From an uncultured Clostridia bacterium (lineage in GTDB: Bacteria > Bacillota > Clostridia > Oscillospirales > CAG-272): a DNA stretch of 64,000 nucleotides. The translations under genes were made by a program, and so were the position numbers. The stretch lies in the NCBI GenBank assembly GCA_944381085.1, contig CALWJX010000093.1:11240-75239 (forward strand), written 5' to 3'. Positions 56,655-64,000 of this stretch are shown one piece after another (positions within the stretch are counted from its first letter, which is position 1; every line of letters starts with the position of its first letter). Below the pieces are notes generated by a model that had not been told where the DNA came from, ran no database searches, and saw nothing but the letters and a program-made list of their open reading frames with translations.

Positions 56655-58226
56655 TTACATCTCCCTTTCGTTGGTTTTAGGTTTCTTTTCCGGCAAAGGC
56701 TTTTGAGCCTCCCTTGCTTTTGCTTCCTTACTGCTTTCCTTGAGCTTGGCGAGAACAGATTTCTTAGGCTGTCTTTCTGCCGCCTGCGCTTTCTTTTCTG
56801 CCAGAAATGCTTTCTTCATTTCAGCAGACTCTTCATGAGAAAAGGGCATCCCGTACATCTCCGAGACTTCCTTGAACTCGCGGATGTTGTCCTGAACGAT
56901 TGGAGGCTGATCAGGCTTGCTGAGATTGACCAGCGTAACAGTATCAGCCGCATAATTGACATCGGTGATCTTGTAGATTTGATCGTTGATGCACCATTCC
57001 AGACCAACGGGAAAATAGTCTTCGCCACGAAGGTCTTTCACTGTCTCCTGAGTTCCATCCTCACCGGTACGGCTCAAAAAGACATCGTTTCCTTTAGACC
57101 ACAGCTTAGATGTAGAAGCAGCCCATTCGTCTTCACGAAAACCGGTTACGAGAACATGACCGCCGCCTTCCAGCTCTTTTTGCAGGAGTTTTGTGCCGAG
57201 GATCGCTGCTGCGGCTTTTGCGTCTTCTCCATAAATCTCAAAGTAGCCATTTTGAGCAAAGCCGACAATGGCATCCGGGTGGGCTTCCTTGATTTCGTTA
57301 TAGACTGTTTGTGCCTCAAGAGGCATGGCTTCCAGCGTCTCCACCTTTTTGTCAGGAAAAGGCACTCCGTTATGCTCGACAAGCTGTCTAAAGTCAGATG
57401 ACAACGCATCCTCAAGATCCTGAGCTGTATCTGCATTGAAAATGACTGCCACCTCATCAATGAGAAACTTGTAAAACTCTGCTCCATGCCATGTGTTGTG
57501 TCCATCCGAGGCAACCAAGCCGTCGGCATCGAAGTCAAGCTCCACATCCTTCATCTTGAGCTGAGACAAGACATCGTAGAGGATTTCCGTCTCACGGTCA
57601 TACACGGGAAGAGTGCTATGCTGCTCTTCAAGACGGTGAATGTGTTCTTCGACGTTTCCGGGCTGCGCATGGAAACTTGTTTTCAAACGCTCCCGTCTCA
57701 GGATCATTTGCAGCTCGCGCTCACTTTCAGGAAGATAGGCAACCGATTTTACTTTGCCGTGTTCCTCCTGCATTGCCTTCATTTCACGCCGATACGACTG
57801 AAACGGGAGATAATAGGTATTCTGATCTTCAAAGGTAACAGCAACCTTGTCTATCGTGACGGTAAGCTGTTTCATACGCTCTACATGGGCATCGTAGTCC
57901 AACTCAATCAGATTACCGACAACCGATCCGTTCTCTGTACCGGTAATTTCAATCGAGTAGGCAAGAATGTCATCGCTCGTTTGATCATGGTAAAACTCCC
58001 AAGCCTTGTTCTCGTAGGTGTCTTCGATATAAACCTCCCGTTCACGCATGACATGAGTTCCGTGAGGACGGGACATCCAGAGAAGATGCTTGTCTTCGGA
58101 GGATTGTGTTGCAGCTAAACTGCGGATGAGCTTCTGATCAAGCTCAAAATCTTCCTTGTAATGCTCGGTGTGGATGTCCATGATTTTTTGAAGTGCATCA
58201 AGCAAGTCTATATTTTCGTATTTCAT
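56655..58226 (-). CDS. Conserved ICE polyvalent-type protein. The C-terminal half contains a MutS domain-I-like segment.
   Basis: Start re-called to ATG 58226 (GGAG plus 8 nt). IVGFAQNGYFEIYGEDAKAAAAILGTKLL resembles the MutS mismatch-binding domain motif GDFYE..DA. The rest is unassigned. Confidence 0.6.
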   Translation of the reverse strand: MKYENIDLLDALQKIMDIHTEHYKEDFELDQKLIRSLAATQSSEDKHLLWMSRPHGTHVMREREVYIEDTYENKAWEFYHDQTSDDILAYSIEITGTENGSVVGNLIELDYDAHVERMKQLTVTIDKVAVTFEDQNTYYLPFQSYRREMKAMQEEHGKVKSVAYLPESERELQMILRRERLKTSFHAQPGNVEEHIHRLEEQHSTLPVYDRETEILYDVLSQLKMKDVELDFDADGLVASDGHNTWHGAEFYKFLIDEVAVIFNADTAQDLEDALSSDFRQLVEHNGVPFPDKKVETLEAMPLEAQTVYNEIKEAHPDAIVGFAQNGYFEIYGEDAKAAAAILGTKLLQKELEGGGHVLVTGFREDEWAASTSKLWSKGNDVFLSRTGEDGTQETVKDLRGEDYFPVGLEWCINDQIYKITDVNYAADTVTLVNLSKPDQPPIVQDNIREFKEVSEMYGMPFSHEESAEMKKAFLAEKKAQAAERQPKKSVLAKLKESSKEAKAREAQKPLPEKKPKTNEREM

Positions 58227-58231
58227 AGGCA

Positions 58232-60052
58232 TCACTCCAATCCCATGTCGTGCTTCTTCGCTCTTGCCGGGGCTTTACGCTCAGGCTGTGCTTTTGCAGC
58301 AGCCTTGAGCTGTTCGCGGATAGAAGGCTTTTCCTGCTTTGCCTCCTGCGCCTTTTCCTGCCTGATGTATTCCAGCGTAGGAGTCAGCTCACGATAGCAG
58401 CCCTGAGTTTTCTTTGCCGAATAGCGGCGATGAATGGCAAACATCGGCTCACCGTTCTGTGTGACCGTGTTTCCTTCAATCTTGATTTTGTGTTGAGCCA
58501 TGAGCTTGTGAGACTGCTCAGAGGCTTTCACCGTTGATCTCATACCGTCGTTGGCATAAGCAATACGAGCCTTGAGCGTGTCCATGACAGCATCCTTGAT
58601 CTGCTTCTCTTCGGGAGTGAGGCGATGCTTTGGCGCAGCAGCCTTTTCAGGATTGGGTGTGGGTATAGACGCAGCTTCAATCTGTTCCTGCGCCTTGTCC
58701 GGCAGCAAATCCTTGAACTGATTGATGAAAAGATTTACCAACCCCGGATGCACCTGACTGACGATAAAGGATTCGCTGTTTTCCTCGCAGACAGAAATCC
58801 TTCCTGCCCAATCCTTATTCTCAGCATGATACCTTCCGTCATGAAGATTGTGCTGTACCGTGTTTGCTAACACATACTGAACACGCTCTTCGGAAAACTG
58901 CTCAAGTACCGTTTCAACCGCAACTCTTGTGGAGAGCCTATAATCGACATAGTTCTCGCTGATCGCCGCTTCAATGGCTTCTTTGCAAGCAATATTCGCG
59001 TCACGGGAGGCACGATAGGTTTCCAGCTCACCGACTTCATAGGCGTAATTTGCCATCTCACGGTAGAGTGGAATGTCGTGATAAGACGGCTGGCTGCTCT
59101 CCGCGACAACTGCCTCCTGAGTGACCTCAGCAGATTGCTCTCTTCGGGCAACAAGCTCTTTGAGCTTTGCGTCAATGCTTTCGATCATCTCCGCAGCAGT
59201 GCTTCGGATCGTCTCAAGAGAATCTTTCAGCTCTTTGGTTTCCTTGTCCGAGGACCAACCGGCAATGTAGCCGAAGGAATAATCAGAGGTTTCAAGCCCA
59301 TATCGCTGACAGACAGTGTAGGCTACGCTCTCTGCCTCAACCTCTTTGGTATGCCGGTCTTTCCGATCTTCGGGCGCGGTCTTTTCATCCGGGGTGGTAG
59401 CATGGAGCTTTGCGTGAGCAATCTCATGGATGAGCGTCTTGATCGTCTGCATTTCGCTCATCCCTTCGTCTATCGCAATGCGCTTATCGACCAAGTGGTA
59501 ATAGCCGTGTGCGCCGCCCTCAATTTTCTCAAGCTCAACGGGAACGGGAGAGATTTCTTTCAGGGCGCGCCAGAAGTCTTCGTACTGCTCAACACTTCCG
59601 GTCAGCTCTCCAACCATAATGTCGGGAAGCTCTTTGCCATCGGTCTGAGAAACATCAAAAACGCTAACCACCTTGAAGGCGGGACGCATGACCTCCACAG
59701 TCTCCGTGACGGGCTTTCCGTCCGCATCCATCACCGGCTTCTGCGTGGCAGGATCAATCTTCTCCATCTCCATTGTTGCCTTATAGGGCGCGGGAGCAAG
59801 GATTTTGATACCTTTCTCGCCTTTCAGGACATGACGGTCAAAATTGCGCTGCCACGAGGTATATCCGGCAATGAGGGTAGCGTCCGGTTTCTGCATGGCG
59901 ATAAGAAGTGTATTGTTGAACGAGTAGTTGTAAAACTTGGACATCGTGCGAAGGTATTCCTTGAAACGCTCGGATTCAAAGAGTTCCTTGATGCCCTGTT
60001 CCAGCTTATCCGTGATTTCACGGACTTGCTGGGCATTTTTGTTTTCAGCCAT
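58232..60052 (-). CDS. ArdC-like protein (N-terminal ssDNA-binding domain plus HExxH metalloprotease) with a long C-terminal extension
   Basis: KFYNYSFNNTLLIAMQKPDATLIAGYTSWQ is the ArdC/DUF1738 N-terminal domain. TLIHEIAHAKLH is the zinc protease motif. Confidence 0.75.
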   Translation of the reverse strand: MAENKNAQQVREITDKLEQGIKELFESERFKEYLRTMSKFYNYSFNNTLLIAMQKPDATLIAGYTSWQRNFDRHVLKGEKGIKILAPAPYKATMEMEKIDPATQKPVMDADGKPVTETVEVMRPAFKVVSVFDVSQTDGKELPDIMVGELTGSVEQYEDFWRALKEISPVPVELEKIEGGAHGYYHLVDKRIAIDEGMSEMQTIKTLIHEIAHAKLHATTPDEKTAPEDRKDRHTKEVEAESVAYTVCQRYGLETSDYSFGYIAGWSSDKETKELKDSLETIRSTAAEMIESIDAKLKELVARREQSAEVTQEAVVAESSQPSYHDIPLYREMANYAYEVGELETYRASRDANIACKEAIEAAISENYVDYRLSTRVAVETVLEQFSEERVQYVLANTVQHNLHDGRYHAENKDWAGRISVCEENSESFIVSQVHPGLVNLFINQFKDLLPDKAQEQIEAASIPTPNPEKAAAPKHRLTPEEKQIKDAVMDTLKARIAYANDGMRSTVKASEQSHKLMAQHKIKIEGNTVTQNGEPMFAIHRRYSAKKTQGCYRELTPTLEYIRQEKAQEAKQEKPSIREQLKAAAKAQPERKAPARAKKHDMGLE

Positions 60053-60063
60053 TTCAGACCTCC

Positions 60064-62133
60064 TTATTTTTCAAACTCCATCTTGAAGCTGACATATTTG
60101 CCGCCGGTATCATCCAGCTTGATGATTGCGTCGTAGAGCTGAGGCTTCTTCGGAGTATAAAGCCCCTTGACTCGACACCATCCCTTGTCAAGCAGCTCGG
60201 TGGCGATCTTCTTTGTCAGCTTCTTTTTCTTGGAGGCAAAGAACTTATTGTCCTCCCACATACAGAAGGAACACTCTTTGCTGGAACAGTAATAGTTGCC
60301 CTTGCCGACATAGACCGGTGATCCGCAGCGAGGGCATTTACCGATGACTTCTTTGCCGGATTCAAAGCGGTTTGCCTCCGCATCTGAGAGGAAGGGGTAT
60401 GCTTTCACGAGATCGCCGGTCATCTGAACAATGCCCTTGAGGAAGGTATCTGCATCCGCATTGCCGCGCTCAATCTGCATCAGGGTGTTTTCCCACTCAG
60501 CAGTCATCGTGGGAGAAGTAATCTGCTCAGGCAGGACGCAGACAAGATTGTTACCATCCTTCGTAGGCACGAGAGACTTGCCTTTGCGCTCGATGAAGCC
60601 GGATTTCACCAGCTTTTCGATGATACCGGCGCGAGTGGCAGGAGTTCCAAGCCCCTTCTTTTCGGTATCATCATCGAACTCATCATTTCCGGCAGTCTCC
60701 ATAGCGGACAGCAAGGTGTCCTCTGTGTACGGCTTCGGAGGCGTAGTGTAATGCTCTGTGACGCTGGCAGAGACGGGACTGAGGATGTCGTTCTCATTGA
60801 CCGCAGGAAGCACCTTTTCAGGATCTTCTTTGTCTTTGGTCTTGAGGGAGTCCTTAAAACGCTGTTTAATGGTTTTCCATCCTTCCTGAACAACGGTTTT
60901 TCCCTTTGTCTTGAAGTCATATCCTTCGCAGGAGAGCGTGACAGAAGTCTCATCGTAGATGTGCTTCTCTCCGGTGGAGGACAGAAGACGCATGGCAACG
61001 AGCCGAATGATTTTCTGCTCGGATTCCGGCAGCTCAGAGATGTCCTGCTTCTCAAGCTGGACAGTGGGAATGATAGCATGGTGGTCAGTGACCTTTGCGT
61101 TGTTGATGATCCGTTTCATATCGGGATCGTGCCGGATGCCGTCGAAAATCGACACCTTCCGACAGATGATGTCAATGACCTGACGGGCAGTGCCTTCCAT
61201 GTCATCTGTGATGAACTGACTGTCGGTACGGGGATAGGTCAGGAGTTTCTTTTCATAGAGAGACTGAACGAGATCAAGCGTCTGCTGCGCAGTGAAGCTG
61301 AAATAGCGGTTAGCCTCACGCTGCAAGGTGGTCAGATCGTAGAGCTTCGGAGGATTGACCGTCTTCGTTTCCTTTCGGACAGAAGAAATGACGGCTTGCT
61401 TTTTATCACAAGCCGCCGCAATGGTTTTCGCCTCTTCTACGGTTTTGATCTTCTCCATGTCTGCTGTCAGACCGTCCTTTTCGACATGGATATTGAAATA
61501 CTTCTCCTTGTGAAAGGTAGTAATCTTTCCCTCACGCTCCACCAACATTGCAAGCGTCGGTGTCTGAACACGCCCAACCACCAGCTTTTTCTTACAGAGC
61601 GTAGTGAACAGCCGGGTGCCGTTGATACCGACAATCCAGTCAGCCTTTGAACGGCTGAGAGCTGCTTCATAGAGCTTATCGTAATCACTGTCGTCACGCA
61701 GATGATTGAAGCCCTCACGGATGGCAGCATCTTCAAGGGAGCTGATCCAGAGACGCTTGAAGGGCTTTGTGCATCCAGCCTTGTGGTAGACAAGACGGAA
61801 GATCAGCTCACCCTCGCGTCCTGCATCGGTGGCGCAGACAAGCTCGGTGACGCGCTTGTCCTTCATGAGATCGCGGAGAATTTTGAATTGCTGTGCCTTA
61901 TCCTTTGGAACTTCAAATAGCCATTCCTCCGGCACGATAGGCAGATCGTCATATCTCCACTTGGCATACCGTTCATCGTAGGAGCTTGCATCAGCAAGCC
62001 CCACGAGATGACCGACACACCATGAGACGATGTAGTTATTTCCTTCGAGGTAGCCGTCCTTGCGAGATGTCGCGCCTAACACCTTCGCAATGGACTGAGC
62101 TACGCTCGGCTTTTCAGCGATGACTAATATCAA
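60064..62133 (-). CDS. topB: DNA topoisomerase III
   Basis: Start re-called to TTG 62133 (AAGGAGG plus 8 nt), giving (M)ILVIAEKPSVAQSIA. Toprim and topoisomerase IA core. C-terminal zinc ribbon CPRCGSPV...CSSKEC. Confidence 0.9.
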   Translation of the reverse strand: MILVIAEKPSVAQSIAKVLGATSRKDGYLEGNNYIVSWCVGHLVGLADASSYDERYAKWRYDDLPIVPEEWLFEVPKDKAQQFKILRDLMKDKRVTELVCATDAGREGELIFRLVYHKAGCTKPFKRLWISSLEDAAIREGFNHLRDDSDYDKLYEAALSRSKADWIVGINGTRLFTTLCKKKLVVGRVQTPTLAMLVEREGKITTFHKEKYFNIHVEKDGLTADMEKIKTVEEAKTIAAACDKKQAVISSVRKETKTVNPPKLYDLTTLQREANRYFSFTAQQTLDLVQSLYEKKLLTYPRTDSQFITDDMEGTARQVIDIICRKVSIFDGIRHDPDMKRIINNAKVTDHHAIIPTVQLEKQDISELPESEQKIIRLVAMRLLSSTGEKHIYDETSVTLSCEGYDFKTKGKTVVQEGWKTIKQRFKDSLKTKDKEDPEKVLPAVNENDILSPVSASVTEHYTTPPKPYTEDTLLSAMETAGNDEFDDDTEKKGLGTPATRAGIIEKLVKSGFIERKGKSLVPTKDGNNLVCVLPEQITSPTMTAEWENTLMQIERGNADADTFLKGIVQMTGDLVKAYPFLSDAEANRFESGKEVIGKCPRCGSPVYVGKGNYYCSSKECSFCMWEDNKFFASKKKKLTKKIATELLDKGWCRVKGLYTPKKPQLYDAIIKLDDTGGKYVSFKMEFEK

Positions 62134-62149
62134 TAAATGTACCTCCTTT

Positions 62150-62226
62150 AGAAAAATGTGTGCTTCCATGTCTGATTGTGTCAGAAAAATGTGCGTGATT
62201 TCTATTGAAAAATTCAGAAAAATGTG
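62150..62226. repeat. Three direct copies of AGAAAAATGTG phased exactly 33 bp apart in the topB/ATPase divergent region
   Basis: Copies at 62150-62160, 62183-62193 and 62216-62226. The third copy lies inside the promoter spacer of the ATPase gene. Confidence 0.7.
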
Positions 62227-62233
62227 TTATACT
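62205..62233 (+). promoter_or_regulatory. Promoter (TTGAAA-17-TATACT, TGt-extended)
   Basis: Hexamers with 17-bp spacing, about 30 nt upstream of the re-called TTG start of the ATPase gene. Confidence 0.5.
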
Positions 62234-62264
62234 ATACTCAACCACGCAGAAGGGAGTGATTTGC

Positions 62265-63557
62265 TTGAAGCGTAACGCAATTCAAGAGCTTATAAAATGG
62301 AAGTCCAGCGAGGATCGCAAGCCGATGGTTATGCGCGGCGCACGACAGGTAGGCAAAACATGGCTGATGAAGGAGTTCGGGCAGAATTACTACGAAAGCT
62401 ATGTCTACTTCAACTTCGACGAGGAAGATGAACTGAAATCCATCTTTGAAGCAAACAAAAATCCTCATCGCATTATCGAGCTGCTGTCCATGATCGCCGG
62501 AGAGAAGATCCTGCCGGAGAAAACACTGGTTATCTTTGATGAGATTCAGGAATGCCCGGAAGCACTCAACACACTCAAGTATTTCAAGGAAAAAGCCAAC
62601 GAATACCATGTCATTGCAGCCGGTAGCTTGCTTGGAACACTGCTTGCAAAACCGAAGTCCTATCCGGTTGGAATGGTCAATCTGCTTGACATCTACCCCT
62701 TGACCTTCGATGAGTTTCTTGATGCAACGGATGCAGCCTTGTTCTCTTACTATGAGAGCATTCAAAAGGAGCAACAGATCGAGGAAATCTTCCATAACCG
62801 TTTACTTGAGGCATATAACAACTACCTCATTATTGGCGGTATGCCTGAGTGCGTGTCCTCTTGGGTAAAATACAAAGATCCTGCAAAGGTTTCGCAGATT
62901 CAGCGCGAGCTGATCGAAATCTATGAAAATGACTTCTCCAAGCACAACGGCAAGGTGAACAGCGGACGCATTCTGATGGTGTTCCGCAGCATCGTTGCCC
63001 AGCTTGCAAAGCCTAACGAAAAGTTCATGTACGGGGCAGTCCGTGAAGGCGGCAGAGCGCGTGACTTTGAAGAGGCTATTGAATGGCTCGTCTCAGCCGG
63101 AATGCTCAACCGTGTCTACAATGTATCTAAGATGGAGCATCCTCTTACAGCGTTTGACAAGCTTGATCAATTTAAGCTCTTTGTATTCGATACCGGACTG
63201 CTCAAGCACATGGCTGGCATTGACAACAGTGCAATCCTCTTGAAGAGCGACTATCAGTTCAAGGGACCGCTGACTGAAAACTATGTTTTGCAGCAGCTTC
63301 GCGGTCAATTTGAGGTTGAGCCGCGCTATTTTGCAGACAAGAACAACGAGATTGACTTTGTTCTGCAATACGGTACTGAAATCATCCCCATTGAGGCTAA
63401 GGGCGGCGAGGATAAATCCGCGCCTTCCTTCAAAAGGTACATTGCAGACCATGAGCCGGATCACGCCATCCGTTTCTCAAAGCGCGGTTATCGCAAGGAC
63501 GGGTATATCACCAACCTTCCTTTGTATCTGGCACGAAAAACGAAAGACCTTCTATGA
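62265..63557 (+). CDS. AAA-family ATPase with a DUF4143-type C-terminus (COG1373-like)
   Basis: Start re-called to TTG 62265 (AGGGAG plus 8 nt), giving (M)KRNAIQELIKW. Walker A GARQVGKTW, Walker B LVIFDEIQ. Confidence 0.8.
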   Translation: MKRNAIQELIKWKSSEDRKPMVMRGARQVGKTWLMKEFGQNYYESYVYFNFDEEDELKSIFEANKNPHRIIELLSMIAGEKILPEKTLVIFDEIQECPEALNTLKYFKEKANEYHVIAAGSLLGTLLAKPKSYPVGMVNLLDIYPLTFDEFLDATDAALFSYYESIQKEQQIEEIFHNRLLEAYNNYLIIGGMPECVSSWVKYKDPAKVSQIQRELIEIYENDFSKHNGKVNSGRILMVFRSIVAQLAKPNEKFMYGAVREGGRARDFEEAIEWLVSAGMLNRVYNVSKMEHPLTAFDKLDQFKLFVFDTGLLKHMAGIDNSAILLKSDYQFKGPLTENYVLQQLRGQFEVEPRYFADKNNEIDFVLQYGTEIIPIEAKGGEDKSAPSFKRYIADHEPDHAIRFSKRGYRKDGYITNLPLYLARKTKDLL

Positions 63558-63560
63558 TGC

Positions 63561-63595
63561 AAGCCCCTCACAACCGTTGTGAGGGGCTTTTCTTA
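63561..63595. terminator. Bidirectional hairpin terminator
   Basis: AAGCCCCTCAC-aaccgtt-GTGAGGGGCTT followed by TTCTT. Lies between convergent genes. Confidence 0.7.
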
Positions 63596-63598
63596 TCG

Positions 63599-64000
63599 TT
63601 ATTCCTCTTCATCCTCCGTTTTCTCATCTTCATCATCCTCAGCGATGTCCGGCTCGGCGTCCTCATTCACATAAGGCTCTTCCTCATAGCCTTCATCGTC
63701 GAAGAAATCAAGGTCTTCGTCCTTCTGCTTCTTGCCGCGCACGAACTTGAAGTAGTAATAAGCCGCGCCGCCGATACCCACAACGGCAATCACGCCGATG
63801 ATCATGCCCATATTGGACTTTTTCTCAGGTTCTTCCGGCTCGATAGGCTCAGTGTCAGGCTCTTCGGCAGGAGACTCAGGAGTAACGCCGGTGCATTCGC
63901 TCATAGTGGTTTTGCAGACCGGGCATTCCACATCAATATCACCGACAACGCATTTATCCTCGCAAACACAAGTGGTCAGCTCTGCAACTGCCTCTTCATC
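63599..64000 (-). CDS. C-terminal part of a membrane-anchored ICE protein (CD1107/DUF4366-like). The N-terminus lies beyond the window end.
   Basis: The frame stays open to position 64000 (..DEEAVAELTTCVCEDKCVVGDIDVECPVCKTTMSECTG..). Followed by a TM segment MGMIIGVIAVVGIGGAAYYYF and an acidic tail. The ORF-track Met at 63931 is internal. Confidence 0.65.
   Translation of the reverse strand, partial: DEEAVAELTTCVCEDKCVVGDIDVECPVCKTTMSECTGVTPESPAEEPDTEPIEPEEPEKKSNMGMIIGVIAVVGIGGAAYYYFKFVRGKKQKDEDLDFFDDEGYEEEPYVNEDAEPDIAEDDEDEKTEDEEE

Larger units (their letters stand above)
27162..64000. mobile_element. Integrative conjugative/mobilizable element inserted at tRNA-Ser. Left end and central part only; the right end is beyond the window.
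   Basis: A tyrosine integrase abuts the tRNA 3' end. The element also has Xis, an ImmA/XRE switch, MobC plus relaxase, ArdA, ArdC-like, TopB and CD1107/DUF4366-like genes. By eye its base composition and codon usage are clearly richer in GC than the chromosome. The exact attL crossover within or next to the tRNA 3' half was not determined. Confidence 0.85.

Noticed and set aside
54697-61650. Long plus-strand ORFs (54697-55575, 55837-56415, 56544-57401, 57486-58118, 59078-60136, 60751-61650)
   Set aside because: All are antisense shadows of the tightly packed minus-strand ArdA/ArdC/TopB operon in a GC-richer region. No motifs or RBSs were found.
1-64000. CRISPR arrays, rRNA genes, IS elements
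   Set aside because: By eye I saw no regularly spaced 25-40-bp repeats, no rRNA-like sequence, and no transposase ORFs or terminal inverted repeats. This needs confirmation with minced/CRISPRCasFinder, barrnap and ISfinder.

Overview
The window has two parts. Positions 1-27161 are an origin-proximal chromosomal segment of a low-GC Firmicute, probably Clostridia-like. It carries a truncated C26 peptidase, serS, spo0J/parB, soj/parA, three clustered parS sites, rsmG, mnmG and ahcY. It also carries an ABC / GldG x2 / giant DUF4340-like envelope cluster. A Fur/Zur-headed znuACB operon is flanked by two Maa-type acetyltransferase genes and a GNAT gene. The chromosomal part ends with an XRE-TPR regulator, an HExxH lipoprotein, a decayed tRNA-Ser 5' half and an intact tRNA-Ser(CGA). 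From about 27162 to the window end lies the left and central part of an integrative conjugative or mobilizable element; its right end is not in the window. It starts with a tyrosine integrase and Xis next to the tRNA. Next come a sigma-like protein and an ImmA/XRE switch, then cargo genes (macro-domain protein, type-A cat, Y-family polymerase, methyltransferase, YolD-like), then MobC plus relaxase. On the minus strand there is an ArdA / ArdC-like / TopB transfer-establishment operon. The main finding is a roughly 15-kb cargo operon (39.4-54.3 kb) with the gene content and order of a type 3 BREX system: BrxF-position protein, BrxC, PglXI, SNF2 BrxHII, PglZ and a BrxA-position protein. A translationally coupled SIR2-HerA pair sits between pglXI and brxHII with no visible promoter or terminator of its own. 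No rRNA genes or CRISPR arrays were seen. The ORF track uses alternative start codons, so several starts were re-called by hand from RBS context.
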